From assembly GCA_964406165.1 (NCBI GenBank), contig CAYOQQ010000003.1, positions 1 through 59,568 of the forward strand: a stretch of DNA of 59,568 nt, given 5' to 3'. Every line of letters begins with the position of its first letter. The first letter of the stretch is position 1. The stretch is from an uncultured Candidatus Saccharibacteria bacterium. Lineage in GTDB: Bacteria; Patescibacteriota; Minisyncoccia; Phycocordibacterales; UBA5272. The notes below the pieces were generated by a model. It ran no database searches. It saw only the letters and a program-made list of their open reading frames with translations, and had not been told where the DNA came from. This document shows, one piece after another, positions 6,411-15,761 of the stretch. The position numbers and the translations under genes were made by a program.

Positions 6411-8885
6411 ATGGCAAAAAAGACACCCCCACAAGCAGAATCTCCAGAGCCTGTTGTTCCAAGAACTGGTCTCCAACCAGTAAACATCGCAGAAGAAATG
6501 CGCACTGCATACCTCGACTATGCAATGAGTGTTATTACTGCTCGTGCGTTACCGGACGCGCGTGATGGTCTTAAGCCTGTGCATCGTCGTATTTTATATG
6601 CGATGAACAACATGGGGCTAACTGCAGGAGCTAAGTATAGAAAGAGTGCAACCATTGTCGGAGAAGTGCTAGGTAACTATCACCCTCATGGGGATGCTTC
6701 TGTGTATGATGCGATGGTAAAGAGCGCTCAAGACTTTTCATATAGATATCCTCTTGTACAAGGACAAGGTAACTTCGGATCAATTGATGGTGATGGTGCT
6801 GCTGCTTATCGTTACACCGAAGCGAAGATGAGTAAGATCTCTATGGAGATGATGCGTGACATCGAAAAGGACACGGTTCAGATGGATCCTAACTATGATG
6901 GTACCAAGAAAGAACCACGTGTGCTTCCAACTGCTGTACCTAGTCTTCTCTTAAATGGAACACTCGGTATTGCTGTGGGTATGGCAACCAACATTCCTCC
7001 ACATAATCTTCGTGAAGTAATCGATGCAACAGTTCACCTTATTGATAATCCACACGCAACAACTGAAGATCTTTGTGAGCATGTTAAGGGACCAGATTTT
7101 CCAGTTGGGGGTATTGCGTTTGGTCAGGCAGATATTCGTCAGGCATATGCAACAGGTCGTGGTGGGGTGGTAGTTCGTGGAGAAGCAGAAATTGTTGAGA
7201 CCAAGAACGGAATGTTCCAAATTATTATTACATCTATTCCATTTAGAGTTGTAAAAAGTAACCTTATAGAAAATATTGCAGATCTTGTGCGCGATAAGAA
7301 GATAGAAGGAATCAAAGGACTTCGTGATGAATCAACAAAAGATATTCGTGTGGTGATTGATCTTAAGAGTGGCGCTCAACCACAAAAGGTTCTTAACTAT
7401 CTCTATAAACATACTGAACTTGAAAGTACATTCCACTACAACGTCGTCGCGCTTGTCGATGGTATTCCACAGACGCTCGCTCTTAAGGGTGCGCTTGAAG
7501 CATTCGTTGGTCATCGTAAGGAAGTTGTACGTCGTCGTACTGAGTATGATTTAAAGCGAGCTCTTGAAAAGGAACACATATTGCTTGGTCTAAAGAAAGC
7601 TCTCGATCATATCGACGAAATCATTAAGACAATTCGTGCTTCAAAGGACACACCGGACGCTCATGCGCAACTCATGAAGAAGTGGAAGTTTTCTGCTATT
7701 CAAGCTACTGCAATTCTAGAAATGAAGCTCCAGAGACTTGCGTCACTCGAACGTAAGAAGATTGAGGATGATCTTAAGGCGGTGCAGGCACTTATTGCAG
7801 AGCTTGAAGCTATTCTTAAGTCAGAAAAGAAGATGATGTCTATCATAAAAGGTGAACTTAACGACATTAAAGAAAAGTATGGTGACGATCGTCGTACTAA
7901 GATTGTGAAGCATAAAGCTAAGGAATTTAATCCTGAAGACTTAATCGCAGATAAAGAGGAAGTACTTGTATACACTTCCGGTGGATACGTGAAGCGTACT
8001 GACCCATCAGAATTCCGCACACAAAAGCGCGGTGGAGTTGGTGTGGTAGATTTAAGTACAAAAGAAGAAGACTTCGTAACGATGTCATTAACTACATCAT
8101 CACACTCTGACCTCCTGTTCTTCTCAGATAAGGGTAAGGCGTACCAAATGAAGATGTATGATCTACCAGAAGGGAAGCGTGCAACTCGCGGAAAGAGTAT
8201 TATGAACTTTCTACAACTCTCAGATGGTGAAAAAGTAACATCTATTCTTGCAATGCCTAAAGATATGAAAGAACTTGCTGGAGTATCACTAATGATGATT
8301 ACTAAGGATGGTACGACTAAGAAGTCAGCTGCTGAGAGCTTTAAGGATGTTCGCCGAAATGGTCTTATTGCGATTCGTCTCGAAGAAAAGGATGAATTAC
8401 TTGCAGCGCTTTTTGTGAGTGACCAGGACAGTGTTATTCTTACGACTCAGAACGGTCAGTCGATTCGCTTCAACCACAATGATGTGCGTGAGATGGGAAG
8501 AACTGCAGGAGGTGTTATTGGTATGAAGCTTGATAAGGGCGATGTAATTGTTGCGGCTGATAAGATTCCAACAGGAACAAAGAATGCTGAGCTGCTTATT
8601 ATGACCGCCAATGGATACGGTAAGAAAACTAAGTTATCTGAGTATAAGCTTCAAAAGCGTGGCGGAAGTGGTATTAAGACCGTTAAGGTAACAGAAAAGA
8701 CTGGTAAGCTCATGGTTGCACGAGTTGTAACTTCTGAGAATGAAGAATTACTTGCGGTGTCTAAAGATTCGCAGGTGATTCGTACTGAAGTGACTTCTAT
8801 TCCGACTCTTGGACGAGATACGCAGGGGGTACGGATTATGAAACTGCGCGACGGAGATTCCCTCGCTTCCTTCAACTTGTTGTAA
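6411..8885 (+). CDS. gyrA: DNA gyrase subunit A
   Basis: [23 protein letters not shown], the YHPHGD motif and C-terminal beta-pinwheel repeats. Confidence 0.97.
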   Translation: MAKKTPPQAESPEPVVPRTGLQPVNIAEEMRTAYLDYAMSVITARALPDARDGLKPVHRRILYAMNNMGLTAGAKYRKSATIVGEVLGNYHPHGDASVYDAMVKSAQDFSYRYPLVQGQGNFGSIDGDGAAAYRYTEAKMSKISMEMMRDIEKDTVQMDPNYDGTKKEPRVLPTAVPSLLLNGTLGIAVGMATNIPPHNLREVIDATVHLIDNPHATTEDLCEHVKGPDFPVGGIAFGQADIRQAYATGRGGVVVRGEAEIVETKNGMFQIIITSIPFRVVKSNLIENIADLVRDKKIEGIKGLRDESTKDIRVVIDLKSGAQPQKVLNYLYKHTELESTFHYNVVALVDGIPQTLALKGALEAFVGHRKEVVRRRTEYDLKRALEKEHILLGLKKALDHIDEIIKTIRASKDTPDAHAQLMKKWKFSAIQATAILEMKLQRLASLERKKIEDDLKAVQALIAELEAILKSEKKMMSIIKGELNDIKEKYGDDRRTKIVKHKAKEFNPEDLIADKEEVLVYTSGGYVKRTDPSEFRTQKRGGVGVVDLSTKEEDFVTMSLTTSSHSDLLFFSDKGKAYQMKMYDLPEGKRATRGKSIMNFLQLSDGEKVTSILAMPKDMKELAGVSLMMITKDGTTKKSAAESFKDVRRNGLIAIRLEEKDELLAALFVSDQDSVILTTQNGQSIRFNHNDVREMGRTAGGVIGMKLDKGDVIVAADKIPTGTKNAELLIMTANGYGKKTKLSEYKLQKRGGSGIKTVKVTEKTGKLMVARVVTSENEELLAVSKDSQVIRTEVTSIPTLGRDTQGVRIMKLRDGDSLASFNLL

Positions 8886-8968
8886 AGTCATAAATCATCC
8901 CATACCCCAAGGGTACTGCGATTTTAAAAGATTGGGTATAATCTAAAAAATCGGGAGTCTGCATTGTT

Positions 8969-9030
8969 GCATGAAATTTTTGCTCCACGCGACATACTCC
9001 TCGTACGTCATGATCGCAAAAATTTCATGC
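8969..9030. repeat. Hairpin element A: 15-bp perfect stem with a 32-nt loop carrying the ACATAC..GTACGT core
   Basis: GCATGAAATTTTTGC (8969-8983) is the exact reverse complement of GCAAAAATTTCATGC (9016-9030). Confidence 0.85.
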
Positions 9031-9138
9031 GCCTCGCATCTGGAATAATTTCTGACTTTCCAACTTCTCTAGTTCGGGAATAAAGATATTAAAAAGTTTT
9101 AAAAACAAAAAAGCGCGACCTAAGGCCGCGCTTTCGTA

Positions 9139-9175
9139 TCCACTACTACACGCTACTCACTACACGCTACACGCT
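9139..9175. repeat. Degenerate CTACACG heptamer array upstream of the methyltransferase promoter
   Basis: CTACACG CTACTCA CTACACG CTACACG followed by CTGTATACT. Same word as at 1-42. Confidence 0.85.
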
Positions 9176-9188
9176 GTATACTATCCTC

Positions 9189-9713
9189 ATGTCATTCTTA
9201 ACACCTGAACAACTTGTTACAGAACTTTATTTACAGTCATCTGATCGTGTAGCTGATATTGGTTGTGGAACAGGTGTGTATACTATTGCATTAGCTAAGC
9301 ACGTTGGAGTAACAGGACAGGTGTATGCGGTTGATGTGCATCGTGAAGCACTCCACACACTCGCAGGTACTCTTGATAAGCGTGGGATTGTGAATGTTGA
9401 GATGATTTGGGCAGATGCAGAGACACATATTCCTATTGATGCATATAGTTTAGACGCTGTTGTGCTTTCTAATGTGCTATTTCAGTTCGATAAGATAGAT
9501 AAGGCGATTATTAATATAGCACGACTTATAAAACCTGAAGGGCAGTTACTCGTTGTTGATTGGAGTGACAGTCATGGAGGTATTGGTCCACACACGTCCC
9601 ACGTGATACAAGAAGAACAAGCGATATCACTTGTACAGAAGCATGGTTTCAGAATTCAGAAAAGACTTCCTGCAGGAGATTATCATTACGCGTTTTTGGC
9701 AATTAATTCGTAA
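9189..9713 (+). CDS. Class I SAM-dependent methyltransferase
   Basis: Motif I VADIGCGTGVYT. TATACT lies 6 nt before the ATG. Confidence 0.8.
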   Translation: MSFLTPEQLVTELYLQSSDRVADIGCGTGVYTIALAKHVGVTGQVYAVDVHREALHTLAGTLDKRGIVNVEMIWADAETHIPIDAYSLDAVVLSNVLFQFDKIDKAIINIARLIKPEGQLLVVDWSDSHGGIGPHTSHVIQEEQAISLVQKHGFRIQKRLPAGDYHYAFLAINS

Positions 9714-9724
9714 GGGATAGATAT

Positions 9725-9922
9725 CTGACAAACAGACAACAGACTCGCTACGCTATTAGACATCAGACTAAGATACATACAAGTACGAGGGGGCGGCCAA
9801 GGTTCCCGATTTCTTACGTTGTACTCAACGTGTTGAAATCGCAATACCTTTAGGTGCCGCCATGTATTTTGTATTAGTATTGTCTGACATCTGTTAGCGC
9901 AGCGGTCTGACTGTCTGGTGTC
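9725..9922. repeat. Long imperfect inverted repeat (element D) with CAGAC-word arms and a GC-rich core
   Basis: The left arm CTGACAAACAGACAACAGACTCGCTACGC... is mirrored by ...GCGCAGCGGTCTGACTGTCTGGTGTC. The core 9807-9841 is CGATTTC-TT-ACGTTG-TACT-CAACGT-GTT-GAAATCG. Confidence 0.75.
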
Positions 9923-9926
9923 TTTC

Positions 9927-9960
9927 TCCCTCTCCACTAGCCACTCTCCACTAGCCACTA
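9927..9960. repeat. Heptamer/14-mer array (TCCACTAGCCACTC)x2 upstream of the SBP promoter
   Basis: CTC TCCACTA GCCACTC TCCACTA GCCACTA followed by TATACT. Confidence 0.85.
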
Positions 9961-9973
9961 TATACTGTATCTC

Positions 9974-11269
9974 ATGTTACCAAAAATCTTACTCGGACTT
10001 GGGTTATTCGCTACATTATTTGCTTTTCTTATCTTTACCTGTAAGGTGCCACTCGGGAAGAGTTGTAAACAAAACAATGTAAAAGGTGATGTTTCGGTAT
10101 GGGGAACATTACCCGACACAGAAGTACTCCCAATTATTCAGGAGTTTAATCCAAAGGCAAAGACGTATTCTGTCAGATATAAGTATGTTCCAGAAGCTAA
10201 TTTCGAACAATCACTCATCGAAGCAATTGCTAACCAAGAAGGCCCTGATGCAATTATTGCACCACAGCAGATTATTCTTTCACAAGCAGATCGTATTTAT
10301 AAATTCCCAATTGCAGAAAAGGATTTTCGAGATGAGTTCGTTGATGGTGCTTCATTATTCATGACTCCAGGTTCAGCTCTTGCGTTACCGATTACTGTCG
10401 AACCAATGGTTCTTTTCTATAACCGTACGCTATTCTCTAAACACGGGATTATTAATCCGCCAGTCTATTGGGATGAAGTGGCAACACTTGCTACAGCATT
10501 AACAGTGAGACAGAATGGTCAGTTCGTAGAGTCAGCAATAGCACTAGGTACACCAAGTGTTTCGTATTCAAAAGATATTCTTATGGCTATGATAGGTCAG
10601 ATAGGTCAGGTGCCAGTAATTCAAAACATAAACCAAGCTGGTGAATCTACGTATGCAATTATGCTTAATGAACCAGTCGATGCGAAAAAAGAGATTCTTC
10701 CAATGGTGGCAGCGGCTCGTTTCTTTACACAGTTCGGCGATCCAGGTCAGACAACCTACACATGGCCACAATCCCAATCGGCTGACCCAGCGGATATTTT
10801 TGTGAGTGAAAAGTTAGCTATGTATATCGGATACTCTGGAGAATATCAGAAGCTTAAGGCTCGTAATCCACGAGGGGATTTCCTAATGACAACATTTCCT
10901 CAAACACGGGGATATAATTCTTTCGTAACAGGTATGCGTATGTACGCCATGGCAACACTAAAGACATCCAAAAACCCAGTTGCTTCTTTAACAGTGGAGT
11001 CACAGTTCGCATCCCAAGCTATCGCATTACAGTTCGCAGCAATCACAGGAGGTGTGCCAGCTACTCGTGCGTATGCTGCCACCCCAGCTCTAGACCCAGT
11101 TGTTGCACGAGGTATGCTTGTAGCTAAAGGATGGATAGATAGGTATTCAAAAGATACAACTGCGTATACCAATACAATGATCTCGGATATTATTAACTCC
11201 AGATATCTCATTAACGACGCAGTGCTATTGTATGTTGGTCGTATGCGAGATCTTTATAATAAATCGTAG
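9974..11269 (+). CDS. Extracellular solute-binding protein (ABC family-1 SBP-like), membrane-anchored
   Basis: N-terminal hydrophobic anchor. Motifs such as PMVLFYNRTLFSKHGI..PPVYWDEV are typical of sugar-type SBPs. Confidence 0.65.
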   Translation: MLPKILLGLGLFATLFAFLIFTCKVPLGKSCKQNNVKGDVSVWGTLPDTEVLPIIQEFNPKAKTYSVRYKYVPEANFEQSLIEAIANQEGPDAIIAPQQIILSQADRIYKFPIAEKDFRDEFVDGASLFMTPGSALALPITVEPMVLFYNRTLFSKHGIINPPVYWDEVATLATALTVRQNGQFVESAIALGTPSVSYSKDILMAMIGQIGQVPVIQNINQAGESTYAIMLNEPVDAKKEILPMVAAARFFTQFGDPGQTTYTWPQSQSADPADIFVSEKLAMYIGYSGEYQKLKARNPRGDFLMTTFPQTRGYNSFVTGMRMYAMATLKTSKNPVASLTVESQFASQAIALQFAAITGGVPATRAYAATPALDPVVARGMLVAKGWIDRYSKDTTAYTNTMISDIINSRYLINDAVLLYVGRMRDLYNKS

Positions 11270-11277
11270 TATCACTC

Positions 11278-12105
11278 ATGCAAACATTTTTTACAAAAAA
11301 GAAGTTAAGTTCTTTTATCCTCGCAAGTGCTCTTCTTGCACTCTGTGTTGTGAGCACACATAGTGTATTAGCACAATCAGGAGAATCGATTGTGAAGTGT
11401 GGGAACGATGCCTCAACAAGTTCTGCTTGTACGATAGGTCAGATTGGTCCAGTTGTTAAAGGGGTAGTAGCACTCATTATTAGTATCGGTCTCCCACTCC
11501 TCTTCATCTTCGTGGCGTATCGTTTCGTAATGGCGTGGTTCTCACTGCAACAAGGAAATGCAAATGCGTATAAGGATGCACTGCAAAAAGCTGGGAATGC
11601 GATAGTTGGTTTTATTATTGTTACAGTACTAATCGGCGGTGGTCTTTACACTATCCTCTCATTCTTTGGGGTTAAGCCAGAAATTCTTCAGATATTAAAA
11701 TTATTCACCATGGGAGGAATAATCCCACATGCTTATGCCCAACAGACACTTCTTCCAAATTTTGGACCGGGGGACACCCTATATGAATTTGTTTTGAGTG
11801 CAGTACGTCTCGTCATGAAGTTCTTTGTATATCCAGCACTCATTGTTATTTGGGTGTGGACTGGATTTTCATTTGTTCTGGCGCAAGGGGCACCAGAAGC
11901 ACTCACCAAGGCTAAAAAATGGCTCATGTGGGCTTTTGTTACAACAATTGTAATTATGGTTCTTCAAGGATTTTTGTTTGCACTTAAAAATAGTGTTAAT
12001 AGGATTCTTTCTGATCCTGCGGCATCTGGTCAGGCATGTACTACAGCAGACGGTAGAAATGGTCAGATGGGGACTGATAATGTCTGCCATGCAGGTCGTG
12101 GCTAG
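11278..12105 (+). CDS. Secreted membrane protein with two tandem TrbC/VirB2-like (T4SS-pilin-like) domains
   Basis: Signal peptide, then two copies of the pattern TM helix - short charged loop - TM helix. Confidence 0.6.
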   Translation: MQTFFTKKKLSSFILASALLALCVVSTHSVLAQSGESIVKCGNDASTSSACTIGQIGPVVKGVVALIISIGLPLLFIFVAYRFVMAWFSLQQGNANAYKDALQKAGNAIVGFIIVTVLIGGGLYTILSFFGVKPEILQILKLFTMGGIIPHAYAQQTLLPNFGPGDTLYEFVLSAVRLVMKFFVYPALIVIWVWTGFSFVLAQGAPEALTKAKKWLMWAFVTTIVIMVLQGFLFALKNSVNRILSDPAASGQACTTADGRNGQMGTDNVCHAGRG

Positions 12106-12180
12106 AGTCGGTAACCGTAGGAGGTATAAGATTCTTGTTGTTTAATGATTCTCTGCTACACTTAGAACCATATATTACGT

Positions 12181-12960
12181 ATGAAAAAATTATTTATCCT
12201 TGCTGGTGTTTCATTTGCAACCGGGCTACTCTTTACATCAATAGCATCCGCCCAACTAACAGCAACTGGAGTGCAGCAAGGTATGGGTACATTCGCAGAT
12301 ATTATTAATACATTTAATACTACGATTGTAAAAGCCCTAGGTACTCTTTTCATGGCAGGAGGTGTGGTGGCGTTCTTTTTCGGTCTTGCGAATTTTATTT
12401 GGGGACTACGACAGGGAGATACGAATGTTATAAAAAATGGTAAGCAGTTTATGATCTGGTCTCTCGTTGCGCTCTTTGTGATGTTCTCTGTGTATGGAAT
12501 TATTAAGTTCGCTCAGAGTATGTTCCCAGGACTTGGTGATAACACTATTACTATTCCAGATGTACGATACCAAGGTGGGGGTGGTGCAGCAGGAGGAAAC
12601 ACTGGCGGTGGAGCTGCAGGTGGTGGAGCGGCAGGCGGAGGCGCCGGAGGAGGTGCAGCAGGCGGAGGAACATCAGGTGGTACGACAGGGGGAGGTACTA
12701 CAGGTGGTGGCACCGCAGGTGGCGGGACAGCACTTAAAGCTAATAGTGAGGTATGTACAGCAAATGACCAATGTCTAAGTAACTACTGTAATATGGGTCC
12801 ATACGGTGGCCAATGTGCAGTAAATACATCTACACTTAAAGCAAATGGAGAACAATGCACCTTACCAGAACAATGTGTTAGTGGCTATTGCCAGCCTACA
12901 CAAATGGGTTCAGTGTGTGCACCGCCTGCAGATTTAAATACTAACGGAGGTCCATCATAA
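12181..12960 (+). CDS. T4SS-pilin-like protein with a Gly-rich linker and two C-terminal Cys4 modules
   Basis: Signal peptide (..SIASAQ), two TM helices, a GGxxG-type tract of about 50 aa, then two LKAN-x-C-x5-C-x4-C-x8-9-C repeats. Confidence 0.65.
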   Translation: MKKLFILAGVSFATGLLFTSIASAQLTATGVQQGMGTFADIINTFNTTIVKALGTLFMAGGVVAFFFGLANFIWGLRQGDTNVIKNGKQFMIWSLVALFVMFSVYGIIKFAQSMFPGLGDNTITIPDVRYQGGGGAAGGNTGGGAAGGGAAGGGAGGGAAGGGTSGGTTGGGTTGGGTAGGGTALKANSEVCTANDQCLSNYCNMGPYGGQCAVNTSTLKANGEQCTLPEQCVSGYCQPTQMGSVCAPPADLNTNGGPS

Positions 12961-13002
12961 TAGGTCTTGAGGAATTTGTCACTACATCTGTTTTTGTAAA
13001 AC

Positions 13003-13031
13003 TTGACAAATTGTCTTTTTTCGTGTAGAAC
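13003..13031 (+). promoter_or_regulatory. Sigma70-type promoter TTGACA-N17-TAGAAC with a leader of about 170 nt
   Basis: Hexamers read directly. The downstream gene has an AAAGGAG SD. Confidence 0.55.
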
Positions 13032-13207
13032 GAGATAAGATTCCAAAAGTATCTTTTGGGAAAGTACAATAACAATACATAGAGGAATCGTGTACCTGTA
13101 GTCAAGGTGTCAGGGGAAACTCTGTAACCATGACCCAACCAACGTATCTTCTTTTGTGGTTAACAAGGGAAGATAGTATCAACCTAGTCAACTAAAGGAG
13201 AAGTTCG

Positions 13208-13843
13208 ATGAACGCAAACGTTAACCCTCAACCCGCAGGTCAACAGCCAAACGGCCAACAACAAAGTGAATCTTTGTTCAAACACCCTCTCTTCCCATAT
13301 GTCTTGGCATTCATTGTGTCAGTAATTAGCTATGCAGTTGGTAGCTTTATGGATATCAAAAAAATGGACTATGACAATACTCCTGCTGGTCTCATGCGAA
13401 TCGGAATAGAGAAGCAGAAGGGTGATATTCAGGAGGCGAAGGTGAAAGGGACTAAATCCCCGCAATCTGCAGCACCTGTCGAGCAGAAGCTTGCGCTTGT
13501 GCCAGTAGAAATGTTTTCATGCGACAAGTCTCCGGCTCAGGTCAATGAAGATCTGGAAAATGCGACACTCCAAGAACTGAATGAAGTTGGAGTTGGATAT
13601 GCTTTTGGCCCTGGGTGTGCTCGCATATCCCTTTCCAAGGATGTAACCCGTCGCCTGACTAGTTTCAGGGCAGACAGGTATGTCATTCGCCAGAAAGACA
13701 GTTCGTACTCTACGGGGTACTGGGGCTGTGGGACAATTGATGGTCGTAATGATTCACTGGCGGCGTGTCTCCAAGAGATTCGTCGACGTCCAGATCAGCC
13801 ACTCGAGGTGATCATTATCTCAGGTAATTTTACTCTCAATTAA
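13208..13843 (+). CDS. Hypothetical membrane-anchored protein (Q/N-rich N-terminus)
   Basis: AAAGGAGAAG SD. Visibly GC-richer than the flanking pilin genes. One TM helix. Confidence 0.55.
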   Translation: MNANVNPQPAGQQPNGQQQSESLFKHPLFPYVLAFIVSVISYAVGSFMDIKKMDYDNTPAGLMRIGIEKQKGDIQEAKVKGTKSPQSAAPVEQKLALVPVEMFSCDKSPAQVNEDLENATLQELNEVGVGYAFGPGCARISLSKDVTRRLTSFRADRYVIRQKDSSYSTGYWGCGTIDGRNDSLAACLQEIRRRPDQPLEVIIISGNFTLN

Positions 13844-13858
13844 AGAAGGAGGTAGTTT

Positions 13859-14143
13859 ATGGCAACAGAACCATCAGCTGGTGCATCCGCACCACAACCT
13901 GCTGCAGCGAAACCTGCAGCAGCTGCACCAAAGGGAATTAACTGGGGCTTGCCACTGTACGTTCTCGCGTTTTGCTTTGTCTTCTCAATCGGAATTGAAC
14001 TTCTGAGCGACAAGATGAGGGATTTCGACAATGTGATGAACCGTGTCTACAAGTACGGTATTCCATTGGCAGCATTTTCTCTTGCCTTTATGTTTGGTAA
14101 GAAGAAAATCGATGGTGGAGGTAAAGGTGGTGGAAGCCACTGA
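13859..14143 (+). CDS. Small membrane protein (Ala-rich N-terminus, Gly/Lys tail)
   Basis: AAGGAGG SD 6 nt before the ATG. Two hydrophobic helices. Confidence 0.5.
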   Translation: MATEPSAGASAPQPAAAKPAAAAPKGINWGLPLYVLAFCFVFSIGIELLSDKMRDFDNVMNRVYKYGIPLAAFSLAFMFGKKKIDGGGKGGGSH

Positions 14144-14444
14144 TTCCTGAGGTGAGTAAACACCGTAACATCTGTCTAGTCTGACATTAACTGACTTAGA
14201 AGGGGGCTTCCTCTTCGCAACACTGTCTTTCGCGGTGTCGCGAAAGGAAGTACCTCTTTTTCTATTTCTATATACAGTTGTTCTGGCTTTTTTATACCAG
14301 AATACGGTCTGGCTCCGGGTCTGAAGTCCATTTTATATACAGTTTTAACAAAAGTCATTATTTTTCTTATCCACAGGGTTTTTATTAATGTTCTAGTAAC
14401 TGAAATAAGATACCTATATACTATAAGGTATACAAAATAAATAT

Positions 14445-14831
14445 ATGAAAAAAGCATTAACCATCGGATCAGTTATCGTAAGTAGTGTATCTTTTGCAAT
14501 GGCACAAGTTGCAATTGGAGCACAAGCCCAGGGTACATCAGTAAACACATCAGCAATCGAGACCCTTATTGCAAAAGCAAATGGAATCGTTACAAGTATT
14601 GTCCCTCTTTTCGTAGGACTAGCACTTGCAGGATTCTTCTGGTTCCTAGTTAAGTTCGTTTGGAAAGGAGCATCAGACGCTACTGCTAAGAAAGAAGCTC
14701 TTTCTGGAATGGGGTATTCTGTTCTCGCTCTCTTCTTGATTGTAGGTATCTGGGGTATTATTGCGTTCGTTGCTAATATGTTTGGTATTGGTCTAGGAGG
14801 TACTGTTCCAATCCCAACAATCCCTAAGTAA
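14445..14831 (+). CDS. T4SS-pilin-like small protein, paralog 1
   Basis: Signal peptide MKKALTIGSVIVS.., FFWFLVKFVWKG, charged loop, LFLIVGIWGIIAF. Confidence 0.7.
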   Translation: MKKALTIGSVIVSSVSFAMAQVAIGAQAQGTSVNTSAIETLIAKANGIVTSIVPLFVGLALAGFFWFLVKFVWKGASDATAKKEALSGMGYSVLALFLIVGIWGIIAFVANMFGIGLGGTVPIPTIPK

Positions 14832-14854
14832 GATATTTACATTATAGTGTCTTG

Positions 14855-14887
14855 TAGATAGATACTCCACTTTGGAGTATCTATCTA
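14855..14887. terminator. 15-bp perfect hairpin between pilin paralogs 1 and 2 (attenuator or terminator)
   Basis: TAGATAGATACTCCA-CTT-TGGAGTATCTATCTA. No long T run follows. Confidence 0.5.
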
Positions 14888-14908
14888 TGTAATAAACAAC
14901 AATTACCT

Positions 14909-15292
14909 ATGAAAAAAGCATTAACCATTGGCTCAGTTATCGTAAGTACTGTTACTTTAGCGTTGGCACAACTTCCAATTGGAGTGCAAGCACAACCTAA
15001 TGCCGTTAACACATCAGCAATTGAAACATTAATTGCTAAGGCGACTAATATCGTTGCAAGTCTTGTCCCATTACTGATAGGTCTTGCTTTAGCGGGATTC
15101 TTCTGGTTCTTAGTTAAGTTCATTTGGAAAGGTGCATCAGATCCAAATGCAAAAAGAGAAGCTCTTTCTGGAATGGGGTACTCAATTCTGGCACTCTTTC
15201 TGATGGTGGGTATCTGGGGAATTATTGCATTTATTGCTAACGTGTTTGGAATTGGTCTTGGTGGGAAGATGCTTTTCCCTAGTCTTTTCTAG
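14909..15292 (+). CDS. T4SS-pilin-like small protein, paralog 2 (close duplicate of paralog 1)
   Basis: Aligns residue-for-residue with 14445..14831 over almost the full length. Confidence 0.7.
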   Translation: MKKALTIGSVIVSTVTLALAQLPIGVQAQPNAVNTSAIETLIAKATNIVASLVPLLIGLALAGFFWFLVKFIWKGASDPNAKREALSGMGYSILALFLMVGIWGIIAFIANVFGIGLGGKMLFPSLF

Positions 15293-15348
15293 GTGTAAGC
15301 TTTCATGTATCGTGAGTAATCTGTGAACAAATACCACACTAATTAACT

Positions 15349-15717
15349 ATGAAAAAAACATTGCTAACAATTTCAGTTATTGTTAGCAATTGTTTTTTTG
15401 CTTTTGCGGTGGTTAGCGGAGTTGTGTTTACCCCTGTTGAAAGTATCATAAATAAATCACGAGATCTCCTAGATAAGGTACTTCCACTTCTTATTGGCAT
15501 CGGCATGATTGGGTTTTTTTGGTACATGGTTGTCTTTGTGTGGTTATCAGTTGATAACCCTACAGAACGACAGAAAGCGAAAGTAGGGATGGCTTGGGCA
15601 CTTGGTGCAATGTTTCTGATGGTTGGTATATGGGGGATTATTGCTTTTATTTCAAGCACACTTGGTACCGGTCTCGGGGGTGAGATGCAGCCATTTAAAT
15701 TACCAGGTGAAAAGTAG
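15349..15717 (+). CDS. T4SS-pilin-like small protein, paralog 3
   Basis: Same architecture. Conserved GFFWY..VFVW and FLMVGIWGIIAF. Confidence 0.65.
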   Translation: MKKTLLTISVIVSNCFFAFAVVSGVVFTPVESIINKSRDLLDKVLPLLIGIGMIGFFWYMVVFVWLSVDNPTERQKAKVGMAWALGAMFLMVGIWGIIAFISSTLGTGLGGEMQPFKLPGEK

Positions 15718-15761
15718 TCAAAGTTACAGACGTTGTTATGCTAAACTAATTATATATTTTT

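Noticed and set aside
8971-9048. 25-codon ORF (MKFLLHATYSSYVMIAKISCASHLE) inside hairpin element A, as an explanation for the conserved core.
   Set aside because: The equivalent frame in element B has no start codon, and in element C it contains a stop inside the conserved core. A structural or sequence element is more likely than a peptide.
9686-9958. Tracked 90-aa minus-strand ORF in the methyltransferase-SBP spacer.
   Set aside because: It spans the long inverted repeat and heptamer array. It has no start context, and its composition is driven by the repeats.
12513-12713. Pro-rich 66-aa minus-strand ORF. The poly-Pro ORF at 21863..22069 is a similar case.
   Set aside because: Both are the antisense reading of Gly-rich coding tracts (GGN read as NCC) in well-supported plus-strand genes.
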